A stretch of 55,750 bases of DNA from Candidatus Micrarchaeota archaeon (lineage in GTDB: Archaea; Micrarchaeota; Micrarchaeia; Micrarchaeales; CABMGC01): assembly GCA_027315135.1 (NCBI GenBank), contig DAHUYR010000021.1, forward strand, positions 1-55,750, given 5' to 3'. The notes below the pieces were generated by a model. That model ran no database searches. It was not told the DNA's origin and was given only the letters and a program-made list of their open reading frames with translations. The position numbers and the translations under genes are program-made. Shown here one piece after another: positions 17,912 to 27,073 of this stretch (position 1 is its first letter; every line of letters starts with the position of its first letter).

Positions 17912-18075
17912 ATGTTAGAACGGGTTGCGGCACTCCAATAAAGCAATACACCTTCCAGCATTATAAAATACCATAAATCCTAGTATTCCTTTGCTTTCAA
18001 CAAAAATGCACGACCTGAATGTCGGAAGATGTCAGAAAATATTACACGAACAGCACAACGAATCGTTTTATTTTC

Positions 18076-18663
18076 CTAGTATTCCAAAGCAGTCAGGCAA
18101 ACAATGTTCGTATTCTCGGTTATGCGGTACGCTGCATTTGGTATTTTAGGTGTCACGCCAACTACACGCATTTTCAATCCAACCATCCCCATATTCAGGT
18201 TTACCTTAGAATTATTAAGCACGTATCTGTTTGCGAATTTGCTCTTGATTATGCTGCTCCAGTCAGTTTCAACAGGAATGAACCTCGGCCGTCTTAGAAC
18301 AGCATGCATTTTTATGCTAGCTGCCTCTGCAATTTTCGGCTTCGAAACGAGTATCTGCTCTCCTATCACTATCTCAAGCAGGTTCCTTATCTCCGTGTCA
18401 AGTCTTACATAGTCATTCTTCCTATCCTTCAGGTACCCATCTTCAACAACGGCAACCTCTTTTTTCCCGTCAAAGTCTATCAGGACAGCGTCTCCCCGTT
18501 TAACTCCGAGCCTTTTCTGTATTTTTGGAGTCAAGGTAGCACGGCCAAATCCGCGGTCGCGGTACATCTCCGCAGCAACAGTCAGAAGTTCAGACGCGCT
18601 TCTGTTATTCTTTTTATCAGCATTAGTCCCAGTATTGTTCTTCACCATGTGATCGCCATACAT
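18076..18663 (-). CDS. Stand-alone CDC48/VAT N-terminal domain protein (no AAA domains)
   Basis: RDRGFGRATL....KRLGVKRGDAVLI...VRLD..IRN.L....GE.I.V followed by a CDC48_2-like RVVGVTP...ITENT segment. Confidence 0.75.
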   Translation of the reverse strand: MYGDHMVKNNTGTNADKKNNRSASELLTVAAEMYRDRGFGRATLTPKIQKRLGVKRGDAVLIDFDGKKEVAVVEDGYLKDRKNDYVRLDTEIRNLLEIVIGEQILVSKPKIAEAASIKMHAVLRRPRFIPVETDWSSIIKSKFANRYVLNNSKVNLNMGMVGLKMRVVGVTPKIPNAAYRITENTNIVCLTALEY

Positions 18664-18733
18664 AAAAAGCGGAAAAGCTATAAAAAAGCAATAATAAATA
18701 ATGTTTACTGGAACACAGACAGCAAGCCAAGCG

Positions 18734-18831
18734 TTGTGTCAAATTTGTTTAAATTCCGAAAACATTTAAATATTACAAAAAACAAACTGCAGTCATGGTT
18801 CTTAGTCACATAGAGGATGCAATCACAAAAG
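18734..18831 (+). repeat. Direct repeat B' (partner 8568-8663)
   Basis: See repeat B. Confidence 0.88.
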
Positions 18832-19475
18832 TAAAAAATGAAAACTCTACCCATAGATATTTGCAACGAGGCGTTCAAGAATTGCCAAACTGGCAGATAC
18901 GCAGCCTATGGGCAGGCCATTTTAGCAGCAATGATGAATTAAGGAACGAATGCAGGATGCTTCTCAGAGACCTCTTCAAGAGAGGATTAGATAACCACTA
19001 CCATATGCGAGAATTGCGAAGATTATTGTGGAGGGGAGAAGTACCACTTCCTGAAGAGACATTTATACTTGCTCCTGTGCCTGTAAGCGGCATAAGTCCA
19101 GGTTGTGATGCCTATTCAGTATTTGCCCAGAAAGGAAGGGAGCCTAGCGATACGGTATTCATCGGCTATTCTCCACATAGGAGGACCATTCTCGAAGATG
19201 GCAGTCCTATCAAAAAAGAGGTATGCGTAAACCAAGAAGATCTAAAGATATTGCAAAGAGCAGTTGACGAGCATAAAAGCTTGGTATTTGTAGATGACAT
19301 AGTGGATAGCGGAGGAACCTTCAACGCACTAATTTTATTTGCAAAGAAACTGGGTTTCAAGGAGATAAAATTCTTTGACGCAATTGGGAAAGAATACTAT
19401 GATAATAAGAACAGGTCCAACTTCCCAGGAACCATGCCTAGGCCCAGGTTCGAGCCGGAAATAAAGACATGGTGA
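18795..19475 (+). CDS. Phosphoribosyltransferase-domain protein
   Basis: PRPP-binding loop LVFVDDIVDSGGT. Confidence 0.75.
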   Translation: MVLSHIEDAITKVKNENSTHRYLQRGVQELPNWQIRSLWAGHFSSNDELRNECRMLLRDLFKRGLDNHYHMRELRRLLWRGEVPLPEETFILAPVPVSGISPGCDAYSVFAQKGREPSDTVFIGYSPHRRTILEDGSPIKKEVCVNQEDLKILQRAVDEHKSLVFVDDIVDSGGTFNALILFAKKLGFKEIKFFDAIGKEYYDNKNRSNFPGTMPRPRFEPEIKTW

Positions 19476-19482
19476 TCTAACG

Positions 19483-20112
19483 ATGGAAAAAATAGCTTGT
19501 GGCAATCACTACGTGAATGCGGTAGTTTCGCTCAAGCCGAATTCGAAGTTGAACATAATCTTATCGCACGGAGAAAATAACGGCATGGATTATAGACTGC
19601 TTGTCAAATTGTTTGACTCTCTTAAGTTTGACTATTCTATACTGAGGTTTAACTTTTCATATATTGATGGTGGCCTTAAGAAGGATACAAATACTAACAA
19701 AATGGAGCTTGAAACATGCATAAAATATTTGGGCGATAGGGATATTGTACTGATAGGAAAATCGTATGGTGGTATTTTATCTACGATGATTGCAGCTCAG
19801 AAAACAACGGGAATTTTAGGAGTCATTGTTTTAGGTTACCCATTGCACGAGTATGGGAATCCAGGTCATTTAAACGATGTCAGCTACCTAAAACATGTCA
19901 AAATAACAACCAAATTTATTATCGGTGACAAAGATCCCAATTGCAGTCTGGAAACCTTTAATAAAGTACTACCAAGCTACAAGCCTGAAATTATTAATAA
20001 TTCTGATCATTCATACAGGCCTATTAATAATGTCGGCAGCTTGGATGAAAATGAAGATAAAGTAATTACTATTGTTAAAAGAGAAATATACACTATGGCA
20101 AAGTCGATATAA
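19483..20112 (+). CDS. Alpha/beta hydrolase (KANL3/Tex30-like)
   Basis: SHG, RFNF, GKSYGG nucleophile elbow, LGYPLH, GDKD, DHS. Confidence 0.85.
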   Translation: MEKIACGNHYVNAVVSLKPNSKLNIILSHGENNGMDYRLLVKLFDSLKFDYSILRFNFSYIDGGLKKDTNTNKMELETCIKYLGDRDIVLIGKSYGGILSTMIAAQKTTGILGVIVLGYPLHEYGNPGHLNDVSYLKHVKITTKFIIGDKDPNCSLETFNKVLPSYKPEIINNSDHSYRPINNVGSLDENEDKVITIVKREIYTMAKSI

Positions 20113-20179
20113 ACATATATAATATGTAAAATAAGTTTTATATGAACTCCAATTTTTCTTCAATACCTATATCTCAGCA

Positions 20180-20432
20180 TGACCTTAATTTCTATATTGG
20201 CAAAGGTGGCTTGGCCTCAGAATAAGAGAAGCGGTAAATGGTAAACGTCAAGGACACTGGCTTCGACAATAGAGAGCTAATGATAAGGACAGAAAAGGCA
20301 CATACTCTCAATACGCTTATTATCCGGATACCTCTCTTCAAGCTGACGTTGGAATATATCGGGCAGTACAAGCAGCACATTCAGAAGGATGGACACCTCT
20401 TCTTTAAACAAAACGATGTGCAAAGAGCTTAG
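20180..20432 (+). pseudogene. Tyrosine recombinase/integrase remnant
   Basis: GLRIREAVN (from 20213) followed in a shifted frame by VNVKDTGFDNRELMIRTEK...YI......GHLF, a box I-like region; adjacent to the tRNA 3' end. Confidence 0.6.
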
Positions 20433-20457
20433 GAATAGTATAACCTCATCTGAAAAT

Positions 20458-20532
20458 TGCTCCGGCCGGGATTTGAACCCGGGTTACAGGCGTGAGAGGC
20501 CTGCGTCCTTGACCGGACTAGACGATCGGAGC
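20458..20532 (-). tRNA. tRNA-Glu(CTC)
   Basis: GCTCCGA..CAGGC-CT-CTC-AC-GCCTG..GGTTCAAATCC..CCGGAGC-A cloverleaf; no intron; CCA not encoded. Confidence 0.95.
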
Positions 20533-20587
20533 ACAGCACTTACCATTAATTGACAAATATTATATTACTTTCAGGTAAATTAATAGC

Positions 20588-21817
20588 ATGCCCTCATTCT
20601 GCGAGAAATATGCGCCGATAACGCTAAACATGCTTATTGGAAACAGGATTCAGATAAACAGACTGATAGATTACGGCGCAGCGATCCAGGCAGGAAAGAA
20701 AATAAGGCCGATACTGATATACGGGCCATCGGGAACAGGAAAGACAGCTGCAGCGCATGCTTTTGCATATTCCAACGGTTTTGAGATAATAGAGTTCGAT
20801 GCAAGCGATTACCGAGATGCGGAAACGCTGCAAAAAAGGCTTCTTCCTGCAACAACGTCCAGGAACCTGTTCGGTAGCAAGGTAATAGTGATATTCGACG
20901 AGATAGATGAGATATCCTCGAGATTCGACAGGGGAGCGGAAGGGATACTTGCAAAACTATTCAGAGATGCAAAGTGTCCTGTTATACTGACTGCAAATGA
21001 CTATTGGGACAGGAGATTAGTCTTCCTAAGAGATCATGTGGAGAGGATAGAGTTCAAGAAGCCAAGCGCAAACGAGGTAGTTTCGCTGATGTGCGACGTT
21101 CTCAAAAAAGAGGGCATAATCTCTGTGGAGAAGGCAACCATAGATATATTGGCGAACAGGGCAAACGGGGACGTAAGGGCAGCTCTTAATGATCTTGAGG
21201 CGATGGTCGATGCGAGCCCCGAACTCCTTGACAATCTGGGCATGAGGGACAGGAAGGTCGAGACCTTCGCAGTGCTTGATAAGATATTCACCTCAAAAAA
21301 ACTTGCTTCAAGGAATGCTGCTCTTGCATCAGGGATAGACAAGGATATGCTGATGAAGTGGATAGACCAGAATATTCCCATAAGGTATCTGTCAAAGAAG
21401 GATGTCGCAAATGCATATGCGGTTCTCGCACTCGCAAGCAAATTCAATAATAAAGCTACAAGGACAAATTACTACGGCTACCTTAGATATTCAAATGATC
21501 TCATGTCGGGGGGCGTAAGCCTGCAGAATACAGGATACATAAGCACGATGAATCCTTACCTCTTCCCTAGCGTAATAAGATATCTCAGCACAACAAAGGC
21601 AGAACGCCAGTACATAAAGGCAATAGCGGAAAAGCTGTCTCCAATATTCCACGTAAACAGGAAGGAGATAGTGAATGGATACATGCCTCTACTGAAGCTG
21701 ATGATGGAAAACGGTGCAAGCGTGCAAGGCGAGGATAACGTGCTTCTTTTCATGGAGAAAAACTTCAATCTTGAGAAGGAAGAAGCCGATTTCATAAAAG
21801 ACCGGAAATCAGATTAA
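20588..21817 (+). CDS. rfcL: Replication factor C large subunit
   Basis: EKYAP, GPSGTGKT, IEFDASD.R, FDEID, TAND, GDVRAALNDL, WIDQN. Confidence 0.93.
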   Translation: MPSFCEKYAPITLNMLIGNRIQINRLIDYGAAIQAGKKIRPILIYGPSGTGKTAAAHAFAYSNGFEIIEFDASDYRDAETLQKRLLPATTSRNLFGSKVIVIFDEIDEISSRFDRGAEGILAKLFRDAKCPVILTANDYWDRRLVFLRDHVERIEFKKPSANEVVSLMCDVLKKEGIISVEKATIDILANRANGDVRAALNDLEAMVDASPELLDNLGMRDRKVETFAVLDKIFTSKKLASRNAALASGIDKDMLMKWIDQNIPIRYLSKKDVANAYAVLALASKFNNKATRTNYYGYLRYSNDLMSGGVSLQNTGYISTMNPYLFPSVIRYLSTTKAERQYIKAIAEKLSPIFHVNRKEIVNGYMPLLKLMMENGASVQGEDNVLLFMEKNFNLEKEEADFIKDRKSD

Positions 21818-23466
21818 TAAATTCCAAGCTCCTGCAGGTCAACCTCAAAGGCTACTACTGGTTCTCCTATGGCAAAATTATTCAATACCTTCGGATGCAG
21901 CTCTCCGAAGAACCCGACGCTCTTTCCGCCCACTCTTATCTCGCCGCACCTTCCCTCAATGAAACTGCCATGGGAGCACTTAGACACGCTGTACTTTACC
22001 TTGTTCAGGTACATGATCTCTTCTATTACTGCTTTTATATCGTTAAGGTTTGCCTTAGTGTCTGAAATGACTGCAGCAATATGATACCTTTCAGATACCT
22101 TTCCTTCCTTTACCTTGAATGCCATGTCAAGCTCAAAGAGCTTATGCGGCATCTTTTCATGCTGCGACTTAGAAAGATTATTCATAAGCGAGGGCAGGAG
22201 CCATGTCCTGACCATTGATATTGACGAATTAACGGAGTTGGTCACAGTTACTGCCTCTCCCTTGGCAGGACGCATATCCATTCTCTCATAATTTGAGGAT
22301 TCATTAGTGAGGTAAGAGTTCATTGCCTGAGTGAAGCTAAGCCCTACCATGATATCTTCAAGAGCTTTGTTCCTGATAGTTGTGTTTTCCAAAGCCCCAG
22401 AATTGTAATTCGGCAGACCTACAGGCTGTATATAATCGTAACCGTATGCTATGGCCATATCCTCAATAATATCCTGCTCATTGATTATATCAATTCTGTA
22501 TTCAGGCACGCGGAACCGTATATTCTTTCCAACAAGTGCGGCTTCATAACCCATCTTGTTTGCAAGCGATATTGCCGCTCGGTAATCAAACTCAACTCCA
22601 AGACTCTTCAATATCTCATCAAGGCTTATTGAGATATAACGGGTCTCCATCAAAGGATAGGTCTTGCCTGAGTTACCGCGCAGGACGGTGACTGGGAATA
22701 CCTTTGCTCCCATGTCTGAGAACATCGCAGTAAGCATGTCAATGCTCTTTTCAACAGCATACTCTGAGGTTCCAGTAATGTCTACAAAAAGGTTCTTTGT
22801 AGATTTTGTCACCTTTGTCCTGCTGGAATTTATTATTGGTATTAACGCAAGCACCCCTATGGAATCCTTGAGCACAGGATACCCTTCTTTCCCATTTCCT
22901 ATCGCCTCGCCATAGTCAATGCCCTTTTTATTTGTCTTGAGTATAAGGCTGAAACTGTCCTGGCTCTTGGAATTCAAGGCAGTGAACTTTTCATCCTTTG
23001 CAAGCGAGTATGTGAGCTCCTTTGATTCTATTGCATCAAGATCATGTATTCCTATTGCTATCTTTTTCCTCTTCCTGCCGAAGGTGTCGCAGAACTTATC
23101 CGTAAAGGACATGAGTTGCGCAAGCGAGATGTCGTCAAACTTCATACCCTTCGCAACCACCCCCACTATGAACGGCCTAACGTTCTTGATGCCCGGGGAT
23201 ACAGATATGCTAATCTCAGGAGTTTTTCCATCAAGTTCGTAATGGAATTTGTTGTTCTTGTGCATGAAATAACGCAGGGCCCTCGCAATCCCGACAGGAT
23301 CAAGGAGATCAGGCCTTGCAGGGCTTAACTCTATCGCAATCTCATCCTTTGTCATATCCTCCACTTCAAGTCCAAGCTTTGATATCTGATCCTGAAGCTG
23401 CTCATCACTTATCTTCAGCCTGATGAGCGAATTAAGGTAATCTTTGTTTATTTTCACAACTGGCAT
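21814..23466 (-). CDS. pheT: Phenylalanyl-tRNA synthetase beta subunit
   Basis: RPDLL, GRKRKKIAIGIHD, PIINS, YRIDI...DIIED.AIAYGY, FGELHP. Confidence 0.95.
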   Translation of the reverse strand: MPVVKINKDYLNSLIRLKISDEQLQDQISKLGLEVEDMTKDEIAIELSPARPDLLDPVGIARALRYFMHKNNKFHYELDGKTPEISISVSPGIKNVRPFIVGVVAKGMKFDDISLAQLMSFTDKFCDTFGRKRKKIAIGIHDLDAIESKELTYSLAKDEKFTALNSKSQDSFSLILKTNKKGIDYGEAIGNGKEGYPVLKDSIGVLALIPIINSSRTKVTKSTKNLFVDITGTSEYAVEKSIDMLTAMFSDMGAKVFPVTVLRGNSGKTYPLMETRYISISLDEILKSLGVEFDYRAAISLANKMGYEAALVGKNIRFRVPEYRIDIINEQDIIEDMAIAYGYDYIQPVGLPNYNSGALENTTIRNKALEDIMVGLSFTQAMNSYLTNESSNYERMDMRPAKGEAVTVTNSVNSSISMVRTWLLPSLMNNLSKSQHEKMPHKLFELDMAFKVKEGKVSERYHIAAVISDTKANLNDIKAVIEEIMYLNKVKYSVSKCSHGSFIEGRCGEIRVGGKSVGFFGELHPKVLNNFAIGEPVVAFEVDLQELGIY

Positions 23467-24939
23467 TCACACAGACCTCATATCTCTTGCAAACCCTATT
23501 CCATTATTGTAGAGTTCGGCTATGGACTTTATCCCATTGTTTTTGCTCATTAGCAATACTCTTTCCACTCCTGCTCCCCATGCTAAGACGCTTATCTTAT
23601 TCCTAGATATGCCTGTAACCTCGCTCCTCATGATTCCCGAACCGCCAAGCTCTACCCATTCGTTTGTAACATCTGAGAAGCCATAGAACTCAGCAGCAGG
23701 TTCGACGAATGGGAAATAGGAGGGCTTGAACTTGAGCTTTATTCCGAGCTTTCCATATAACTTTATCAAAGTGTCAAACAGGTTGGCCATCGTAAGATCC
23801 TTCCCTATTATTATCCCATCATGCTGGTAGAAATCAGCAAGATGCCTATAGTCTATATTCTCGTTCCTGAAGAGCCTGCCAAGCGAGAAGACCTTCAGTG
23901 GAAGCGCCTCGGCGTTTTCTTCAGAGAGTATTTTTGCAATCGCCTGATGGACGTAGCGCGCGGAAACGCTTGTAGTATGCGTCCTAAGAACTCCCTGTCT
24001 TGCCTTATCTATGTCCCACGAGTACTTCCAGGACTTCTCATGCGCCTCCTTTATCTCCTTCACGTAGCTCTTTTCATCTATCTCCATGCTCTTAGGGTTG
24101 TCAAGGAAAAAGGTATCCTGCTTGTCCCTTGCCGGGTGATCCTGCGGTATGAACAAAGAGTCAAATACCCAGAATGCAGGCTCTATTGTCGGCCCAGATA
24201 TCTCCCTGAAGCCCATGGAGGTGTAAGCATCCTTTATCCTGTCTATAGTCTGCTTAAGGGGATGTTTCTTTGCTGCGAACTGGCGTTCCACCATTGCAGA
24301 TACATCGTATTCAGATAACTTCTTGCCCTTCCAGCTCATTCTAAGTATCATCTCACGGTCTATGCTACCTATCTCATCACTATCTTCAACAGAGCTCTTT
24401 GCAGCCTCTCTGCCCTTCTGGGTTATCTCTGCGCTCTCAAACTCATTGCTGCTTTCAACCTCTATCAAGCTCCTTCTCTTCAGCGAGTCAAGTTCATCTC
24501 CAGGGTGCACTCCTTTGCCCTCTGCAATCCTCTTCAGCACGCGCTCCTCGGGAAATTCCTTTTTAAGCGCGGCTGTTCCTGCCTCATTTATCTTCAGAAT
24601 TCCATTTTCCATCTGCGCAAGCTTCTTCTTCATGAGCCATTGCAATCCTATTCTGTCCTCTTCGCTATCAAGGGATCCTGCCTTTACTCCAGATTCGCTT
24701 ATTCTGCGCAGAAGCCTGCTCTCAGGCAATCCATGCTCTGCATACTTTCTCCCTTCTGCACTGAGCACCACCTTCTGTCCCTCCTTATAACGGAGCATTG
24801 CAAAGCCTTTACTCTCCAAGCCGTGCAGAGCCCATAAGACCTGATCCTTGCCAAGCTTAGAGTGCTCTTCCAGTTCAGTTAAGGAAGCACTCCCTCGCTT
24901 TTCCAATAAGTTAAGGACTCTAACCTCATAATTATGCAA
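23467..24939 (-). CDS. pheS: Phenylalanyl-tRNA synthetase alpha subunit
   Basis: FDSLFIPQDHPARDKQDTF, LRTHTT, FRNE.ID..HLADF, YFPFVEP. Confidence 0.96.
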   Translation of the reverse strand: MHNYEVRVLNLLEKRGSASLTELEEHSKLGKDQVLWALHGLESKGFAMLRYKEGQKVVLSAEGRKYAEHGLPESRLLRRISESGVKAGSLDSEEDRIGLQWLMKKKLAQMENGILKINEAGTAALKKEFPEERVLKRIAEGKGVHPGDELDSLKRRSLIEVESSNEFESAEITQKGREAAKSSVEDSDEIGSIDREMILRMSWKGKKLSEYDVSAMVERQFAAKKHPLKQTIDRIKDAYTSMGFREISGPTIEPAFWVFDSLFIPQDHPARDKQDTFFLDNPKSMEIDEKSYVKEIKEAHEKSWKYSWDIDKARQGVLRTHTTSVSARYVHQAIAKILSEENAEALPLKVFSLGRLFRNENIDYRHLADFYQHDGIIIGKDLTMANLFDTLIKLYGKLGIKLKFKPSYFPFVEPAAEFYGFSDVTNEWVELGGSGIMRSEVTGISRNKISVLAWGAGVERVLLMSKNNGIKSIAELYNNGIGFARDMRSV

Positions 24940-24948
24940 AAACCCACC

Positions 24949-25725
24949 TTATCTCAATTTAGTATAGGCGTAAATTCCAAGCGCTGCTACGGCTATTGCC
25001 ACAACGACGTATATCTCATCAGTATAGCTGTAATAGATTCCGCTGAAATAATCAAGAACTTCAGACTCCATTGACTGCTGCTGCGTGTATGCGAACGTGA
25101 ACTCGTTCAACGGTTCGCTCTCAAACCATGAAAACATCGTATCTCCGGTATAATTGCCGGTAAAGCTGGGACTTGGGAAATCAGGAGATGGATAAACTGA
25201 GATGGCTTCTGTTCCCTTAGGTATGATTATGTTGAATCTGGTATTCAGAGGAAGGCTCTCTCCACTTGACGAATGCTGGAAATTAAGAACCGAATCGTTG
25301 AAGGTGTACTTAAATTCACGCGGAGCGATGGTCTGAACTGTTGTCACGTTATTGACATAATACTCCAATGTTATCACAGCCGTTCCTCCATAACCATACG
25401 CATATCCGACGGGTCCAGGAAGAAGCGTAACGTTGTGCAGGCTGCCAGTCGGGTTTATTATATGCTCCATGAGGAGATCGGTGCTCAATACGTGCTGCCA
25501 TTCGCTAAGGGTGAGATTTATCGCCCTTCGGTCCTGGTTGTACTGCGCAACAGATGAATTTGACATAAGTATGGTGAACGATTCGACTACGTGCGCGCTG
25601 GTGTTCTTGTAAAGCATCACTGTGGTGTTCAGGTACGTGACGTTGAAATAGGCATTTGCGCTTGCAAATAGGAAGAGTGAGCTGAAAGCTGATGCGAGCA
25701 GTATGTAGTTAACCAGTTTGTGCAT
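24949..25725 (-). CDS. Secreted, membrane-anchored hypothetical protein
   Basis: Signal peptide, beta-rich body, C-terminal TM. Confidence 0.75.
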   Translation of the reverse strand: MHKLVNYILLASAFSSLFLFASANAYFNVTYLNTTVMLYKNTSAHVVESFTILMSNSSVAQYNQDRRAINLTLSEWQHVLSTDLLMEHIINPTGSLHNVTLLPGPVGYAYGYGGTAVITLEYYVNNVTTVQTIAPREFKYTFNDSVLNFQHSSSGESLPLNTRFNIIIPKGTEAISVYPSPDFPSPSFTGNYTGDTMFSWFESEPLNEFTFAYTQQQSMESEVLDYFSGIYYSYTDEIYVVVAIAVAALGIYAYTKLR

Positions 25726-25773
25726 ATGTATAAGACTACCAATTGTATTTTATAAACCTTTTATGCGAGCTTC

Positions 25774-26028
25774 TCAGTACTCCGTTATCTTATTCTTCTT
25801 TATGTAATACTGTGTATACGGGCATGCGGGGACTATCTTAAGGTTATTCTCCTTTGCAAATTCAAATGCGCGCGCGGTCAGCTCTGCAGCTACGCCTCCT
25901 CCTCTATCCTCTTCAGGAGTGCCTGTATGGTATATTATCATGTTATTACCTCGTATTCTGTAGTTCAATTCAGCTTCTCCATGTGCGGTCTTTGCCCACA
26001 TCCTCCCTTCTTCCATTATTATTTCCAT
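25774..26028 (-). CDS. Small GNAT acetyltransferase (YjdJ-like)
   Basis: HTGTPEEDRGGGVA..L...A...NLKIVPACPY. Confidence 0.85.
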   Translation of the reverse strand: MEIIMEEGRMWAKTAHGEAELNYRIRGNNMIIYHTGTPEEDRGGGVAAELTARAFEFAKENNLKIVPACPYTQYYIKKNKITEY

Positions 26029-26032
26029 GAAA

Positions 26033-27073
26033 TTACCTAAGCATTACCTGGTTGCATCCTGCAACAGCCCCAAACTGCCCGCTTATTATCAGTTTCAGAT
26101 ATCCTAAGACGGGAACCCCTGCAATCCTGTACCCTATCACGCTGCTCTCATTTATAGGGTAGTTGCCGAATTCAATGTCAAGACCCGGGTTATTGTCCCC
26201 TTTCGTCAGTATATAATATGAGCTGCCAACCCTAAGCGCTGCGACGACCCTGTGTATTATGTCTCCGGTGAAGTAATCCTGCGGCGTTGTTGCGTAAATG
26301 ACTATTGGGTTCGAATAATTCTCTATTATCGTATGGTTCGCTATTGTAATCGACGAGGTATAAACTGCCTGCTCTGTTGTACCGTTTATTACTGCCTGGC
26401 CTATCGAATAATTGTACTTTATCAGATTTTTGCTCTGGTAACTCATAGGGACCATACACCTTCCATATTCCATAGGCTCAGAAAGATACGCGTAATAATC
26501 TATGCAGTGTGTGTTGTAAAGCCCTATGGCGTACGACGAGTTGCTGAAATTGCCTATATATCCTATGTCTGAAGGATTCGCCTTTGAATATGCAAAGAAT
26601 GCCAGGAATTCGGTATTCATATTGGCATACATGTTGCTGAATTCGCTCTGGCTCACATTGATTACAGGTATGCGGTTGCTCTGAAGGAAGTTCGACATGT
26701 TGCTTATGCCATGCAGGAATACAAGGTCTCCCCTATTAAGGACAGGCAGCATGCTGCAGCTCGCAACTACATTGACAGGCTGTGTAGTTCCAAGCGCAAC
26801 TATCAGTATCAACCATACTATGGCGACGGCGCCCAAGGCCTTCGCTATGTCTATGACTGTGCTCTTAGTTCCTTCATCCTTGATGCTCTGCCTGAATTCA
26901 TAAAATAATATTATGACTACAAGCGCAAATGCTGCTACTCCTATAAACAGGCTGTTGATGACAGCATATGCGATGACAGTTCCTGCAAGCACCGCATAAA
27001 GGAACCAACTGGTATAATCATGTTTCTGCTTCTTCAAACGATCATCTGCTCTTAGCCAACTCTGCAATCTCAA
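26033..27073 (-). CDS. Signal peptidase I (S26, Sec11-type) with large insertion
   Basis: VVASCSMLP.L..GDLV ... IIHRV ... TKGDNN...D; N-terminal TM helices. Confidence 0.88.
   Translation of the reverse strand: MRLQSWLRADDRLKKQKHDYTSWFLYAVLAGTVIAYAVINSLFIGVAAFALVVIILFYEFRQSIKDEGTKSTVIDIAKALGAVAIVWLILIVALGTTQPVNVVASCSMLPVLNRGDLVFLHGISNMSNFLQSNRIPVINVSQSEFSNMYANMNTEFLAFFAYSKANPSDIGYIGNFSNSSYAIGLYNTHCIDYYAYLSEPMEYGRCMVPMSYQSKNLIKYNYSIGQAVINGTTEQAVYTSSITIANHTIIENYSNPIVIYATTPQDYFTGDIIHRVVAALRVGSSYYILTKGDNNPGLDIEFGNYPINESSVIGYRIAGVPVLGYLKLIISGQFGAVAGCNQVMLR

Noticed and set aside
17285..17930. Integron attC sites around the HAD gene
   Set aside because: GTT/AAC-like words are present, but no proper R''-L''-L'-R' palindrome and no IntI
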